49,933 nt of DNA from Gammaproteobacteria bacterium (GCA_024222475.1 JAAEPA010000156.1:1-49933); one strand, 5' to 3'; shown: positions 29,917-39,500, counted from the stretch's first letter. Notes: a model not told the origin generated them from the sequence alone. A program made the numbers and translations.

Positions 29917-30039
29917 AGCGCTGTAGCCCGGCGCTTCCCGCTTCCCTCCCTGAGCGGGTAAATGGCTCGGCCCCCCCAAGCCGAGCCTTTTCGGCCCCGG
30001 TGTTTTTCTCCCCATTTTCACCGGGGCTTTTTCTTTTTA
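29917..30039 (+). ncRNA. Candidate sRNA in the polA-engB spacer (positional analogue of Spot 42/ErsA)
   Basis: Four consecutive hairpins: AGCGC/GCGCT (29917-29935); CCCGCT/AGCGGG with loop TCCCTCCCTG (29937-29958); GGCTCGGC/GCCGAGCC with loop CCCCCCAA (29964-29987); GCCCCGGTG/CACCGGGGC (29994-30027) followed by TTTTTCTTTTT. No ORF is present. Confidence 0.45.
29994..30039 (+). terminator. Rho-independent terminator
   Basis: 9-bp GC-rich stem GCCCCGGTG/CACCGGGGC with a 16-nt loop, followed by a T-rich tract (30028-30039). The T-tract is present only on the + strand. Confidence 0.6.
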
Positions 30040-30146
30040 CTGGTTTTCACTGTCGCCAATTCCCTTTCGACCGCGTATTCAAAGTGTAAAGCTGATTGAG
30101 CGGTCCTCGGACAGGCTCCTAGGGCTACCGAGATTTAATCCCAGAA

Positions 30147-30755
30147 TCAACGGTCTATTAACCATAAGTCTAATACCTCATAAGCCTCTTCTAGCCCCTT
30201 GCGTTTGGTTGCAGAAAAGGTTTGAATGCTTATGTTTTTTCCTTTAATAGTGTTTTGAACTCGTTGGAGGATGTTGAGCGCGGGTCCTCGTCTGAATTTG
30301 TCGGCTTTATTCAGCAAAATGTGTATTTCGTAGTTATAATATTGGCACCACTCAATCATCTGCCAATCATAAGGCGTCAGAGGGTGACGGATATCCATTA
30401 TCAGTAGGATTCCACGAAGAGATTCCCGGTGCTCAAAGTAACATTCCATTAAGTTGCGCCATCGTAGGCGTGTCGATTCAGGTACCTTGGCATAACCGTA
30501 ACCGGGTAAATCCACCAAACGATGCAGAGGGTCGATTTGAAAGAAGTTGATCATTTGGGTGCGCCCAGGGGTTTTACTGATACGGGCTAGAGCCTTTTGT
30601 CTACTCAGGGTATTCAAGGCGCTTGATTTGCCAGAATTAGATCGGCCCGCAAAGGCTACCTCCGCGCCAAGATCCTCCACGAGCTGGTTGCCGCGAGTGG
30701 CACTGGTAAGAAATTTGGCTTGTTCATAGTTAATCTTTATTGCCATACGGGTCAA
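30147..30755 (-). CDS. engB: Ribosome biogenesis GTP-binding protein EngB/YihA
   Basis: 202 aa. G1 GRSNSGKSS, G3 DLPGYGYA, G4 NKADK. Conserved polA-engB neighbourhood. Confidence 0.9.
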   Translation of the reverse strand: MTRMAIKINYEQAKFLTSATRGNQLVEDLGAEVAFAGRSNSGKSSALNTLSRQKALARISKTPGRTQMINFFQIDPLHRLVDLPGYGYAKVPESTRLRWRNLMECYFEHRESLRGILLIMDIRHPLTPYDWQMIEWCQYYNYEIHILLNKADKFRRGPALNILQRVQNTIKGKNISIQTFSATKRKGLEEAYEVLDLWLIDR

Positions 30756-31002
30756 TAGTGTTGTGTTATGTGTATGCGATTAGATTGCTGGATCTAGGCA
30801 ATAGCTTATGCCTTCTCTATATGTTGTCACTACAGAGAATATCGAAATCCTGCTCAACGCACCAGCTCTTGGGTGGCTGCCGAAGCCACTAGGATTTTGC
30901 GAGCAAGGCGCTATTATGGTATACAGATCGTTTAGTGAGGTTTTCGCGTTCATCGTGTGCATAAAGAATACGTTTGGGGTACTGAATATGGGGATTTTTA
31001 AC

Positions 31003-31602
31003 ATGAAATTAATCTTTTCGTTATTTATAACATTCATACTGTCTTCGCCTTTAATCGCGGCGGGTGATGCCGGGGCAGGAAAACAGAAATCAGCAGCCTG
31101 CGCTGCTTGTCACGGGGCAGATGGCAATAGCGTCAATCTGGAATGGCCGAAGCTAGCAGGTCAGAGCGAGGCGTATTTGTTAAAGCAATTGAAAGATTTT
31201 AAGGGGCAAAAACGCGTCAATCCGTTGATGAGCGGACCTGTGGCTGCTCTTGAAGATCAGGATATGATGGATCTTGCGGCTTATTTCGCCACTCAAACTG
31301 GTTCACCCAGCAGTGCAGATGGTGCTCAGTTAGAGTTAGGGGAATTAATATATCGTGGGGGAAATCTTGAAACAGGTGTGGCGGCATGCACTGGCTGTCA
31401 TTCGCCCACCGGTGCGGGTAATGCCGCAGCCGTTTTTCCAAGGTTATCCGGTCAGCATAGTAAATACATATCAACTCAGTTGCGAAGTTTTCGTGATAAT
31501 CTGCGGGGTAATGATCAAGCGAGCATGATGCGCTCCGTGGCCAAGAGGATGACGATAGAAGAAATCGAGGCCGTGTCACAGTACGTTGCTGGTTTGCATT
31601 AA
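31003..31602 (+). CDS. cc4: Dihaem cytochrome c4
   Basis: ~199 aa from ATG 31003 (signal peptide MKLIFSLFITFILSSPLIAAG). Two CxxCH haem sites (CAACH, CTGCH). The ORF-track start at 30808 adds a non-secretory extension and is unlikely. Confidence 0.85.
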   Translation: MKLIFSLFITFILSSPLIAAGDAGAGKQKSAACAACHGADGNSVNLEWPKLAGQSEAYLLKQLKDFKGQKRVNPLMSGPVAALEDQDMMDLAAYFATQTGSPSSADGAQLELGELIYRGGNLETGVAACTGCHSPTGAGNAAAVFPRLSGQHSKYISTQLRSFRDNLRGNDQASMMRSVAKRMTIEEIEAVSQYVAGLH

Positions 31603-31671
31603 ATACCACCGTTCGATAGAACACAGCCTTCTAGGCGCTAGGGGTGGGCGCGGGATGCACTTTACCCCTGC

Positions 31672-31693
31672 CTAGATCACTACAGTGATCTAG
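31672..31693. repeat. Solo palindromic repeat unit (CTAGATCACT-AC-AGTGATCTAG)
   Basis: A 22-nt perfect palindrome sharing the CTAGATCACT core of the repeat family. It lies between cytochrome c4 and dsbA and could also act as a transcript-end hairpin. Confidence 0.55.
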
Positions 31694-31726
31694 CTTAAAA
31701 GATAAACAGCATCGAATAGTCCAATT

Positions 31727-32356
31727 ATGAAGCATATTGCATGGCTGCTGGGTTTGTTATTCATTACAGTGGGTCCCCTAGCCGCACAACAAGAGCCGTT
31801 TACAGAAGGGATACATTATCAAGCCCTGTTCCCGCAAGTTCCTACTGATGCGGCGCAAGGTAAGGTCGAAGTCGTAGCACTATTCTGGTATGGCTGCCCA
31901 CATTGTTACCAATTAGAGCCCTATGTGAGTAATTGGTTGAAGGATAAGCCGGGTTCCATTGATTTTAAGCGGATGCCGGCGACCATGAACCCTGGTTGGG
32001 TAACCCATGCTAGAGTTTATTTGGCGCTGGAATTGATTGGAGAGCTGGAAAGAATTCATCCGCTGATATTTTTAGCTATTCACGAACAGGGCAGGCGGTT
32101 GCAGGATTTGAAATCTATTAATCGATTCTTAGCTCAGCAAGGTGTTGATGTAAATAAATTTCTCGAGGCCTACCAGTCACCGGAGGCCCAGACCAAGCTG
32201 CGGCGGGTAATGTGGCTTAACCAGCAGTATGGTGCTCCCGGCGTTCCAGCAATAGTTGTCAATGGTAAATATCTGAGCTCAGCTAGTACCGCTGGAGGCT
32301 ATGTAAAGTTACTTGAACTTATTGAGTTTATAATAAAAAAAGAATCGAATAGTTAA
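31727..32356 (+). CDS. dsbA: Thiol:disulfide interchange protein DsbA
   Basis: 209 aa. Signal peptide, active site FWYGCPHCY, cis-Pro region GVPAIVVNGKY. Confidence 0.9.
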   Translation: MKHIAWLLGLLFITVGPLAAQQEPFTEGIHYQALFPQVPTDAAQGKVEVVALFWYGCPHCYQLEPYVSNWLKDKPGSIDFKRMPATMNPGWVTHARVYLALELIGELERIHPLIFLAIHEQGRRLQDLKSINRFLAQQGVDVNKFLEAYQSPEAQTKLRRVMWLNQQYGAPGVPAIVVNGKYLSSASTAGGYVKLLELIEFIIKKESNS

Positions 32357-32490
32357 AAAGTGCCTGAAGCTTCTAGGTCAGATTAGCGCAGCGTAACCCG
32401 ACAGATTAACTGATCCCATCTATCCTGATATTTTTATCTTTGGTCAGCAAATTCTGGTTTAGAACCGAACTTTGCCGATAGTACCTCATC

Positions 32491-33354
32491 GTGGTTATCA
32501 ATATTTCACCGTACAAGCTTCATCAAAGGGAGCATCCAAGTCAGCGGCTCAGAATCCTTACTTACAACATCCAGGTTGGGATTTCCTACAGTCGATACCG
32601 CCATTATCTAACCCGAAGCTGGAGACATGTATTACCCTTTCCTGGCCGCCAGGAGAATCTTGATAGCATTGCCCGTTTTATATCCGGATTCGACATTGTA
32701 GGATTACAAGAGGTCGATGCGGGTAGTTTGCGTAGTAGCTATATCAATCAGGCTAAGTACTTAGCGCATCGAGCTGGTTTTTCGAACTGGTATGTGCAAA
32801 CCAATCGCAATCTAGGCAGGATAGCGCAACATAGTCTAGGCATGTTAAGCGATCTGCGGCCCATAAGGATCATGGAGTGTAAGCTTCCAGGCAGAATTCC
32901 GGGGCGTGGGGTGTTATTCGCATTGTTTGGTGAGGGCTCACAGCAACTATTACTCGGTATTTTACACTTATCACTAGGGCGTAAAGCGCGCATTCACCAA
33001 TTTGAGTATCTTTCCCGGCTGGTTACTCGATATGAGCATGTGGTGCTTATGGGGGACTTTAACAGCTGTATAGATCAACCCGAGTTTCAAGTTTTTTTAA
33101 ACAATACTCACCTGTGTTCGCCGGAGAAAGAACTTTATACCTATCCAAGCTGGCGTCCCAGTCGGGGTTTAGATCACATCTTGGTTACCCCCGAGTTGAA
33201 GGTCGAGAGAACACATGTTTGCGATGCAGGTTATTCTGACCATCTACCCATCGCACTTGATCTTAGCCTGCCGAAATCTTTACGACTTACCCCGAGATAC
33301 GGTCATCCTATGCCGTCTGAAGTCTATGCGAAATCGGTGGTTTTGGGTGGCTGA
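32491..33354 (+). CDS. Endonuclease/exonuclease/phosphatase (EEP) family protein
   Basis: 287 aa. LRILTYNIQ, GLQEVD, VLMGDFN, SDHLPI are the EEP catalytic motifs. The start codon is uncertain (GTG 32491). Confidence 0.75.
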   Translation: MVINISPYKLHQREHPSQRLRILTYNIQVGISYSRYRHYLTRSWRHVLPFPGRQENLDSIARFISGFDIVGLQEVDAGSLRSSYINQAKYLAHRAGFSNWYVQTNRNLGRIAQHSLGMLSDLRPIRIMECKLPGRIPGRGVLFALFGEGSQQLLLGILHLSLGRKARIHQFEYLSRLVTRYEHVVLMGDFNSCIDQPEFQVFLNNTHLCSPEKELYTYPSWRPSRGLDHILVTPELKVERTHVCDAGYSDHLPIALDLSLPKSLRLTPRYGHPMPSEVYAKSVVLGG

Positions 33355-33879
33355 CACACGCCAACCATTCGTGATCGCAACAGCGAAGCGAGCTGATCGA
33401 GCGCAATTTTGAAGCCATTGAGCTTGGTACGACTCGACCAAGCATCAGACCTGTTATCTAAGCACAGGGAGGCTCTGGAAATGCATCTCTATAGCTACAT
33501 GAACAGTTCCTGTTCGCTGTAGTGGAAACCGTCACGCTCTATGGCCTGACAAATACCTTCTTCGAGGGTACGCCAGCCTCCAATCCAATAGCAACGTTCG
33601 GTCAATCAAAGAAAAGTATACAGACAGCCCGCTGGTCACTCTAGGGATTGATTCAAAAAAACTGTATTTCAATAATATGTAATATATTGATTTGTAAAAA
33701 ATATATTTTATATCCTAAAGCTTGGCTAGTTTTATTGAAGTCTGAAATTGTGTTGATCATAAACCGACTAGATCTGATATTTTACCGATAATCCAGTCGT
33801 AAGCCGTTCATCGGACAATTGGATCGGCTTGAGTGTTATACGTGCTTACCTATCTGTTTTTGTTGCTATAAAAATAGGT

Positions 33880-34407
33880 ATGAACGGCGAGCGCGGAGTT
33901 TCATTGATAGAGTTGATGATAGCCCTTTCCATAATGGCGATCCTGGCTTCTATCGCAATACCCTCATATCAATATTTAACTACCAATAACCGAATTACTA
34001 CTCACACCAATCGCCTACTTGGATCCTTACTTCTTGCACGTAGTGAGGCTGCAAAAAGAGGGGTAACGGTCTCGGTATGTCGTTCTAATAATCCAGTAGC
34101 CGCCTCGCCTACCTGCGGGACTGGTGTTGGTTGGAGTGACGGATGGGTCGTTTTTGAGGATTTGGGGGCTGATGGCAGTTTTACGGGTGGTACCGATACC
34201 GTGCTGCGTACTGAGGCCGCCATAAAAAGCGGCAACACAATAAAGTCTTCTTTTACAAACTTTATTCGTTACAGCCCAGAGGGTCGTAGTAATACCTTTG
34301 GTAGTTTTACGATATGTTCTAAAGACAATGATTCGAAATATACACGTGAGGTTGATGTGTCAGCCACAGGCAGGCCGCGTGTAACCACTTCGGGGACTTG
34401 TCCATGA
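33880..34407 (+). CDS. fimU: Type IV pilus minor pilin FimU/FimT (GspH-like)
   Basis: Prepilin leader and cleavage motif MNGERG/VSLIELMIAL. GspH-like body (LLLARSEAAKRG, GW.DGWVVF). The ATG at 33880 is preferred over the ORF-track start at 33829 because it gives the usual short leader. Confidence 0.8.
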   Translation: MNGERGVSLIELMIALSIMAILASIAIPSYQYLTTNNRITTHTNRLLGSLLLARSEAAKRGVTVSVCRSNNPVAASPTCGTGVGWSDGWVVFEDLGADGSFTGGTDTVLRTEAAIKSGNTIKSSFTNFIRYSPEGRSNTFGSFTICSKDNDSKYTREVDVSATGRPRVTTSGTCP

Positions 34408-34874
34408 CTGAGTATGGTAAAAATGCAGGTTTTAGTTTGATCGAGGTGTTAATCGCCGTTCTAGTTTTGAGTATCGGTCTATTGGGAATGGCTGCATTGC
34501 AGTCTTTAGGGATACGCTTCACTCACGACGCATACTTGTTGACGGTTGCCACTCAACAGGCCGAGGACATGGCCGAGAGGATGCGAACCAATCCAAGTGA
34601 AACCATAAAATTAGCTGGTACAGGTGGCTATGACAGCCTTTCAGGATTAGGGGTATCCACCGTAGATTGTGAAACAGCAACTTGCATATCTACCGATAGG
34701 GCGTTATTCGATCATGCCCAATGGAGTGCCTTTAACCAGTCTCTGTTTGGGGTTGGAAAAGAGGGGAGTGTTACCCGCAATGGTGACGTATTTAATATTT
34801 CGCTGAATTGGAGTGAGATTAATAATTCAGGTGGGGCAGATACTAAAAAATACATAATGGTGTTCAAGCCATGA
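34404..34874 (+). CDS. pilV: Type IV pilus minor pilin PilV
   Basis: Leader MTEYGKNAG/FSLIEVLIAVLVLSIGLLGMAALQ is typical of PilV. ATGA overlap with fimU. Confidence 0.8.
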   Translation: MTEYGKNAGFSLIEVLIAVLVLSIGLLGMAALQSLGIRFTHDAYLLTVATQQAEDMAERMRTNPSETIKLAGTGGYDSLSGLGVSTVDCETATCISTDRALFDHAQWSAFNQSLFGVGKEGSVTRNGDVFNISLNWSEINNSGGADTKKYIMVFKP

Positions 34875-35953
34875 AGGTAAAAATCGACACTATAAGTCTA
34901 ATTCAAGGTGCGCCGGGTAAGGTTTGTGCCTGTGGGTTGAGCATGCGTTGCGCGGGTGTGTCGTTAATCGAGCTGATGATAGCGATGACCATTAGTCTCG
35001 TTTTACTACTAGGGATTGCGCAGATCTATTCGGGCAGTAAAGAAACCTACCGTATTAATGAAGATTTAAGCATGATGCAGGAGACTACTCGCTTCGGATT
35101 CGAGTCTCTGACCGGTGCCATCATCATGGCCGATCATTGGGGAGGAGTGCCTTCTGCGGATATCAGTGTAACTGCAACCGGTATTACCGGAGGAACTGGA
35201 GATTGTAATGCGGCTTGGGTGACAAATATTGGCCAAGCGGTATTCGGGGCTGAAGGTGCGGCCAACATCAGCAGTGTTACCGGGTTCCAAAGCTGCTTGA
35301 GTACCGATCGTTATGTGCCTAACAGTGATGTATTAATTGTGCGTTATGCAGCGGGTCAGCCCATTGGTGATAGCGATGTGCAAAGTACGTCGAATCCAGA
35401 TAGGTCCAACGATTTATATGTTAGAACGGCTACCGGAGAAAAGGGAACCTTGTTTTGGGGCGGTGTAAGTCCAGTGTCGGCTACCGGTCTAAGTACGGAG
35501 AATGGTACGAATAACTATGTATATAGGGTTGAGGCTTTTTTTCTGCGCCCTTGTAGCACGCTTGATGCAAGTAGCAATTGTACTGATGGTATACCTACAT
35601 TAGCCAAGCTCACTTTTGATGACAGCGGTAGCGTGGTACAAGAGGCACAAGTAGACGGTGTCGAACAGATTCAATATCAATACGGAATCGATACTAACGC
35701 CGATGGCCAAGTGGAGCAATTTGCTTCGGCTACGAATGTGGCGAATTGGAATCAAGTGGTTGCCGTGCGCATAGATATGTTGGTGCGCACCGTGTCTGAA
35801 GACAGCGACTATATCGATACTAATACTACTTATACCTTGGCGGGAGGAACGGCCGACAATGGTCTTGTATACACCGTACCGACCGCAGATCGTGGCTTCC
35901 ATCGTAAACAACTGGCCAAGGTTGTGCAGATACGCAACCGGACTAGGTTTTAG
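34871..35953 (+). CDS. pilW: Type IV pilus minor pilin PilW
   Basis: CAG/VSLIELMIAMTISLVLLLGIAQIY N-terminal pilin helix. ATGA overlap with pilV. The alternative ATG at 34943 would give a short 5-aa leader. Confidence 0.8.
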   Translation: MKVKIDTISLIQGAPGKVCACGLSMRCAGVSLIELMIAMTISLVLLLGIAQIYSGSKETYRINEDLSMMQETTRFGFESLTGAIIMADHWGGVPSADISVTATGITGGTGDCNAAWVTNIGQAVFGAEGAANISSVTGFQSCLSTDRYVPNSDVLIVRYAAGQPIGDSDVQSTSNPDRSNDLYVRTATGEKGTLFWGGVSPVSATGLSTENGTNNYVYRVEAFFLRPCSTLDASSNCTDGIPTLAKLTFDDSGSVVQEAQVDGVEQIQYQYGIDTNADGQVEQFASATNVANWNQVVAVRIDMLVRTVSEDSDYIDTNTTYTLAGGTADNGLVYTVPTADRGFHRKQLAKVVQIRNRTRF

Positions 35954-35968
35954 ACAAGGAGTCATCAA

Positions 35969-36559
35969 ATGCAGCAGTCTCACCAACAGGGCTATGTGTT
36001 GTTCACGGGTTTGATATTTATGTTAATCCTGGCGGTGATCGGAGTCAGTGCCATGCAGGCCACGAATATCGAATATCGTATGAGTTCCAATACGGCGTTT
36101 AAGAAACAGGCCTTTGCTCGAGGCGAGAGTGGCCGTTCTGCTTTATCCGATGTGTTGAGCGACCACCTCGTCGCGGCAGGCACTTGGCCGGCATCGTTTA
36201 CCCTGCCATCGGGTCTTACTATCAAGGACAAAGACTCCAATGGTGTGGCTGATGACCTCTCTCAAAACGGAGGAGGCGAGACCCCAAATGCTCCCCTTGC
36301 GGATGCCGATTACCAGATTGATTACAATGTTGATGGTGATCTAACAGACTCAGAAGATATCGATGTCGAAGTTTCCACCTTTTGGCTGAAATCTAAAAAG
36401 GCCGTTGGGGCCGGTCTTGGGGACAGCTCTGGGACCTTGGGGGCAGGCAAGGGTATCTCGGGTGGTGGATTTCATATGTTTTTTCAGGTAAGGGCTGACG
36501 GAACAGCCCCTTCACAAGCTCGTTCAAATGTGCTCGTTGACTATCGGCACATTCCTTAA
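35969..36559 (+). CDS. pilX: Type IV pilus minor pilin PilX
   Basis: 196 aa. PilX_N-type N-terminus QQGYVLFTGLIFMLILAVIGVSAMQ. AAGGAG lies upstream of the ATG. Position between pilW and pilY1. Confidence 0.75.
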   Translation: MQQSHQQGYVLFTGLIFMLILAVIGVSAMQATNIEYRMSSNTAFKKQAFARGESGRSALSDVLSDHLVAAGTWPASFTLPSGLTIKDKDSNGVADDLSQNGGGETPNAPLADADYQIDYNVDGDLTDSEDIDVEVSTFWLKSKKAVGAGLGDSSGTLGAGKGISGGGFHMFFQVRADGTAPSQARSNVLVDYRHIP

Positions 36560-36577
36560 GGCTTCTAGGTGACTGTC

Positions 36578-39500
36578 ATGGAAAAGAATATATCGCATAC
36601 CCCTTTATGCAAAGGATTGTTTCATCGATTAATCACGCTAATCGGTGGTTTCATCCTCGGTCTTGCGGCCGCGGTTCCCTTCCAAGTGTATGCCGCCGGT
36701 GAAACATCGGCCGATTATATCGCCATACCTCCATTCATCGCCCAGACCACAGACCGGCCCAATGTCATCATATCGCTAGATACCTCTGGAAGCATGAAGA
36801 TTCCAGCATACGGACAAATCGGTAAAAGCTGGAGTAGCGATGTTCATGACAATTTTGATCCGTCCACGGTATATTATGGCTATTTCGATCCTACCAAATA
36901 TTACGTCTATGATGATGATCCTGCCAAACTATTCTTTATAGAGGATCCCGTAAGCCCTTCTGCAAAGACTACGGACAACTGGGACGGTAATTTCTTGAAT
37001 TGGTTGAGCATGCGTCGTTTTGATATCGTGCGCAAGGTGCTGATTGGTGGCAAGGTGAGAGACCGAAACACCGAGAGCATTGGGGGTGACGACTGGTATG
37101 TGCTGCTGGGTCAGGATGAACCCCAGGATCGACAATTCTATAAGTCCTACACTTCGAGCAGTGCCCATACGCCCACCCAATATGCCGATGGCACTGTTTT
37201 TGAAATGGCTAATGGGAAGATTATTCCTACCACAGGGGGAGCGGGGAGTAACGTGCAGGTCATTAACGTGCAGGATACTCCTAGTGAATCCGTGGAAATG
37301 GGCCAAGTCACTATGGATTGGCAAATCGGTGATCCATGGGTCGATGTCAGCTTTATCAATACCTATGCGACTCCACCCGTGGTCGTGGCCAAATCACTGG
37401 CATTCAATGGTGGCGATCCCACCTTGATTCGGGTTCAAAACATCACCACTACGGGATTTCAGATTCGCATGCAGGAATGGGATTACAAAGATGGTAATCA
37501 CACCACAGAAGAATTGTTCTATATTGCTGCAAACTCCGGAAATTACAATATTACACTTGATAGCGGGAGCAGTTTGAGGGTAGAGGCAGGAACGATTAGC
37601 GGTGTGAGCACCCTATGTGATAGTTCCACTCAACATCAGGCCCTGTCCCCCTTCTTATCGACACCTGTGTTATTCACCGGTATCAGCACCTTCAACGAGG
37701 CCGATGCGGTGGTGACTCGAAATGAGAATGTGGCCACCAATGGTTTTGATGTCTGTCTACAGGAACAGGAATCCAAAACAGTAGCTTCGGAATCGCACGC
37801 CGCTGAAGATATCCACTATATCGCGATTGCTCCAGGCAGCGCAGTGGGCACTCTTCCCAGCTCGGGGGTAACGAGTACTGCCGGTGCTCAGATCGAGATT
37901 GGTGACAGTGGTGGCACCAATATTGATGACAGCTGGGATCTCATCACCTTCGCAACAACCTTTAGGGAACCTCCCACGGTGGTAATGGACATGCAGACCC
38001 TACAAGGGGACAATACCGCCACGCTGAGGGTGGCGGATGATACCTGGACGACTACTCAGATGGATGTGAAAGTCGAGGAGGAAAAATCTGACGACTCCGA
38101 AACAACCCATGTTGATGAGAGAATCGGGTATGTCGCCGTGAGTGGTTCCGGCACTTTTAACATTCATCTGGCAATAAAAGAAACCGACACCGTTAATAGA
38201 CCCAAGGAACCCAAAGGCCTGCTTCAGGCCCTTGAAGGAGGGATGCGCCTGGGGCTGGCGGTATTTAATTATAATCATGACCGGAATCCGACTTCTGTTT
38301 ATTCCACGTCTGGAAAGGATTTTGATGGCGGTACATTTTTTCCTTGCTATCCGGATGTGTTAAAACCGACTTCACAGCGCACCAACTGGGATATCTGTAA
38401 GGAAACCTATGCCGGCGCCCCGTTGGATGATCTGATCGAGGTTATTGAAGATCACCCGCTGATCTGGGCGACCACTCCTATCGCTGAAACCCTATACAAT
38501 ATCGGTCAGTATGCAGTCCAGGGTAATCATCCTACCGGAACAGATTTGAACTCCAATCCATGGCCTCATGATGAGATACGCCAGGGATATCCAACGGCCC
38601 CTTCACCCAACCATACCCCGCTTTTTGCCAACAACGATGGCTCTACTGCTCACCCCAATGTCGGCACCCACCCGCCGTATAAGGTCAATAACACTTGGGA
38701 TCCTTATTATTATTCCGATGTCAATGCAACACTGCCCTGCGCTAAGACCTTTGTATTGAATTTCAATGATGGAGCACCGTATACGGATTGGGATACCTCA
38801 AATGGTTTTACCGTACCTACCGACTTTGTGGGCGATGGAGATGGTGACTATGGTGAGAATGAGGCACTAGACGATGTTGCCTTAATGTTCCGTAATCAAG
38901 ACATACGAGATGATTTGGCAGGGCATCAGGAAATTGTTTCATACTATGTGCTTGCGGCCTTAGGAGCTGACCCGAGCGAAGTCGGTGCAACCTCACGCAG
39001 ACGCCTGATGGAAGCGGCCGTCAATGGAGGTTTCAATGATCTTGACGGCGATCATCTTCCGGATGTGGCTCATCCGGCAGATATAGTCAACTATATCTCT
39101 ACCCATGATGATAATGGCGATCTATCCGATGGCGGGGATTGCAGTGCTTTAATCAATGAGTGGGACCAAGATGGTGACTGTGTTCCCGATACATTCTTCT
39201 TTGCTAACGATGGATTTAAACTAGAGCAGGAACTGCTGGCGGCTTTTCAGTCCATATTGAAACGTGTAGCCTCAGGTGCAGCGGCCTCGGTATTAGCGGG
39301 TTCAACGAGTGGCGAGGGCGCGATCTATCAAGCACGATTTGAACAAGAGCGCACTGAAGGTGCTACTACCGTCCATTGGATCGGCGACATCACTGCAACG
39401 TTTATCGATAGCGCAGGTCGTCTGCGCGAAGATGGGGATGGAGATCAGGTATTGGATGGAGACATCACTGTCGATGAGATTATCGACATGTGCTACAACA

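Noticed and set aside
33495-33605. 36-aa TTG-initiated minus-strand ORF (..YWIGGWRTLEEGICQAIERDGFHYSEQELFM) in the EEP-fimU spacer, considered as a small gene or pseudogene remnant
   Set aside because: It is too short, has a non-ATG start with no RBS, and carries no identifiable family signature. It is only worth a BLASTX check.
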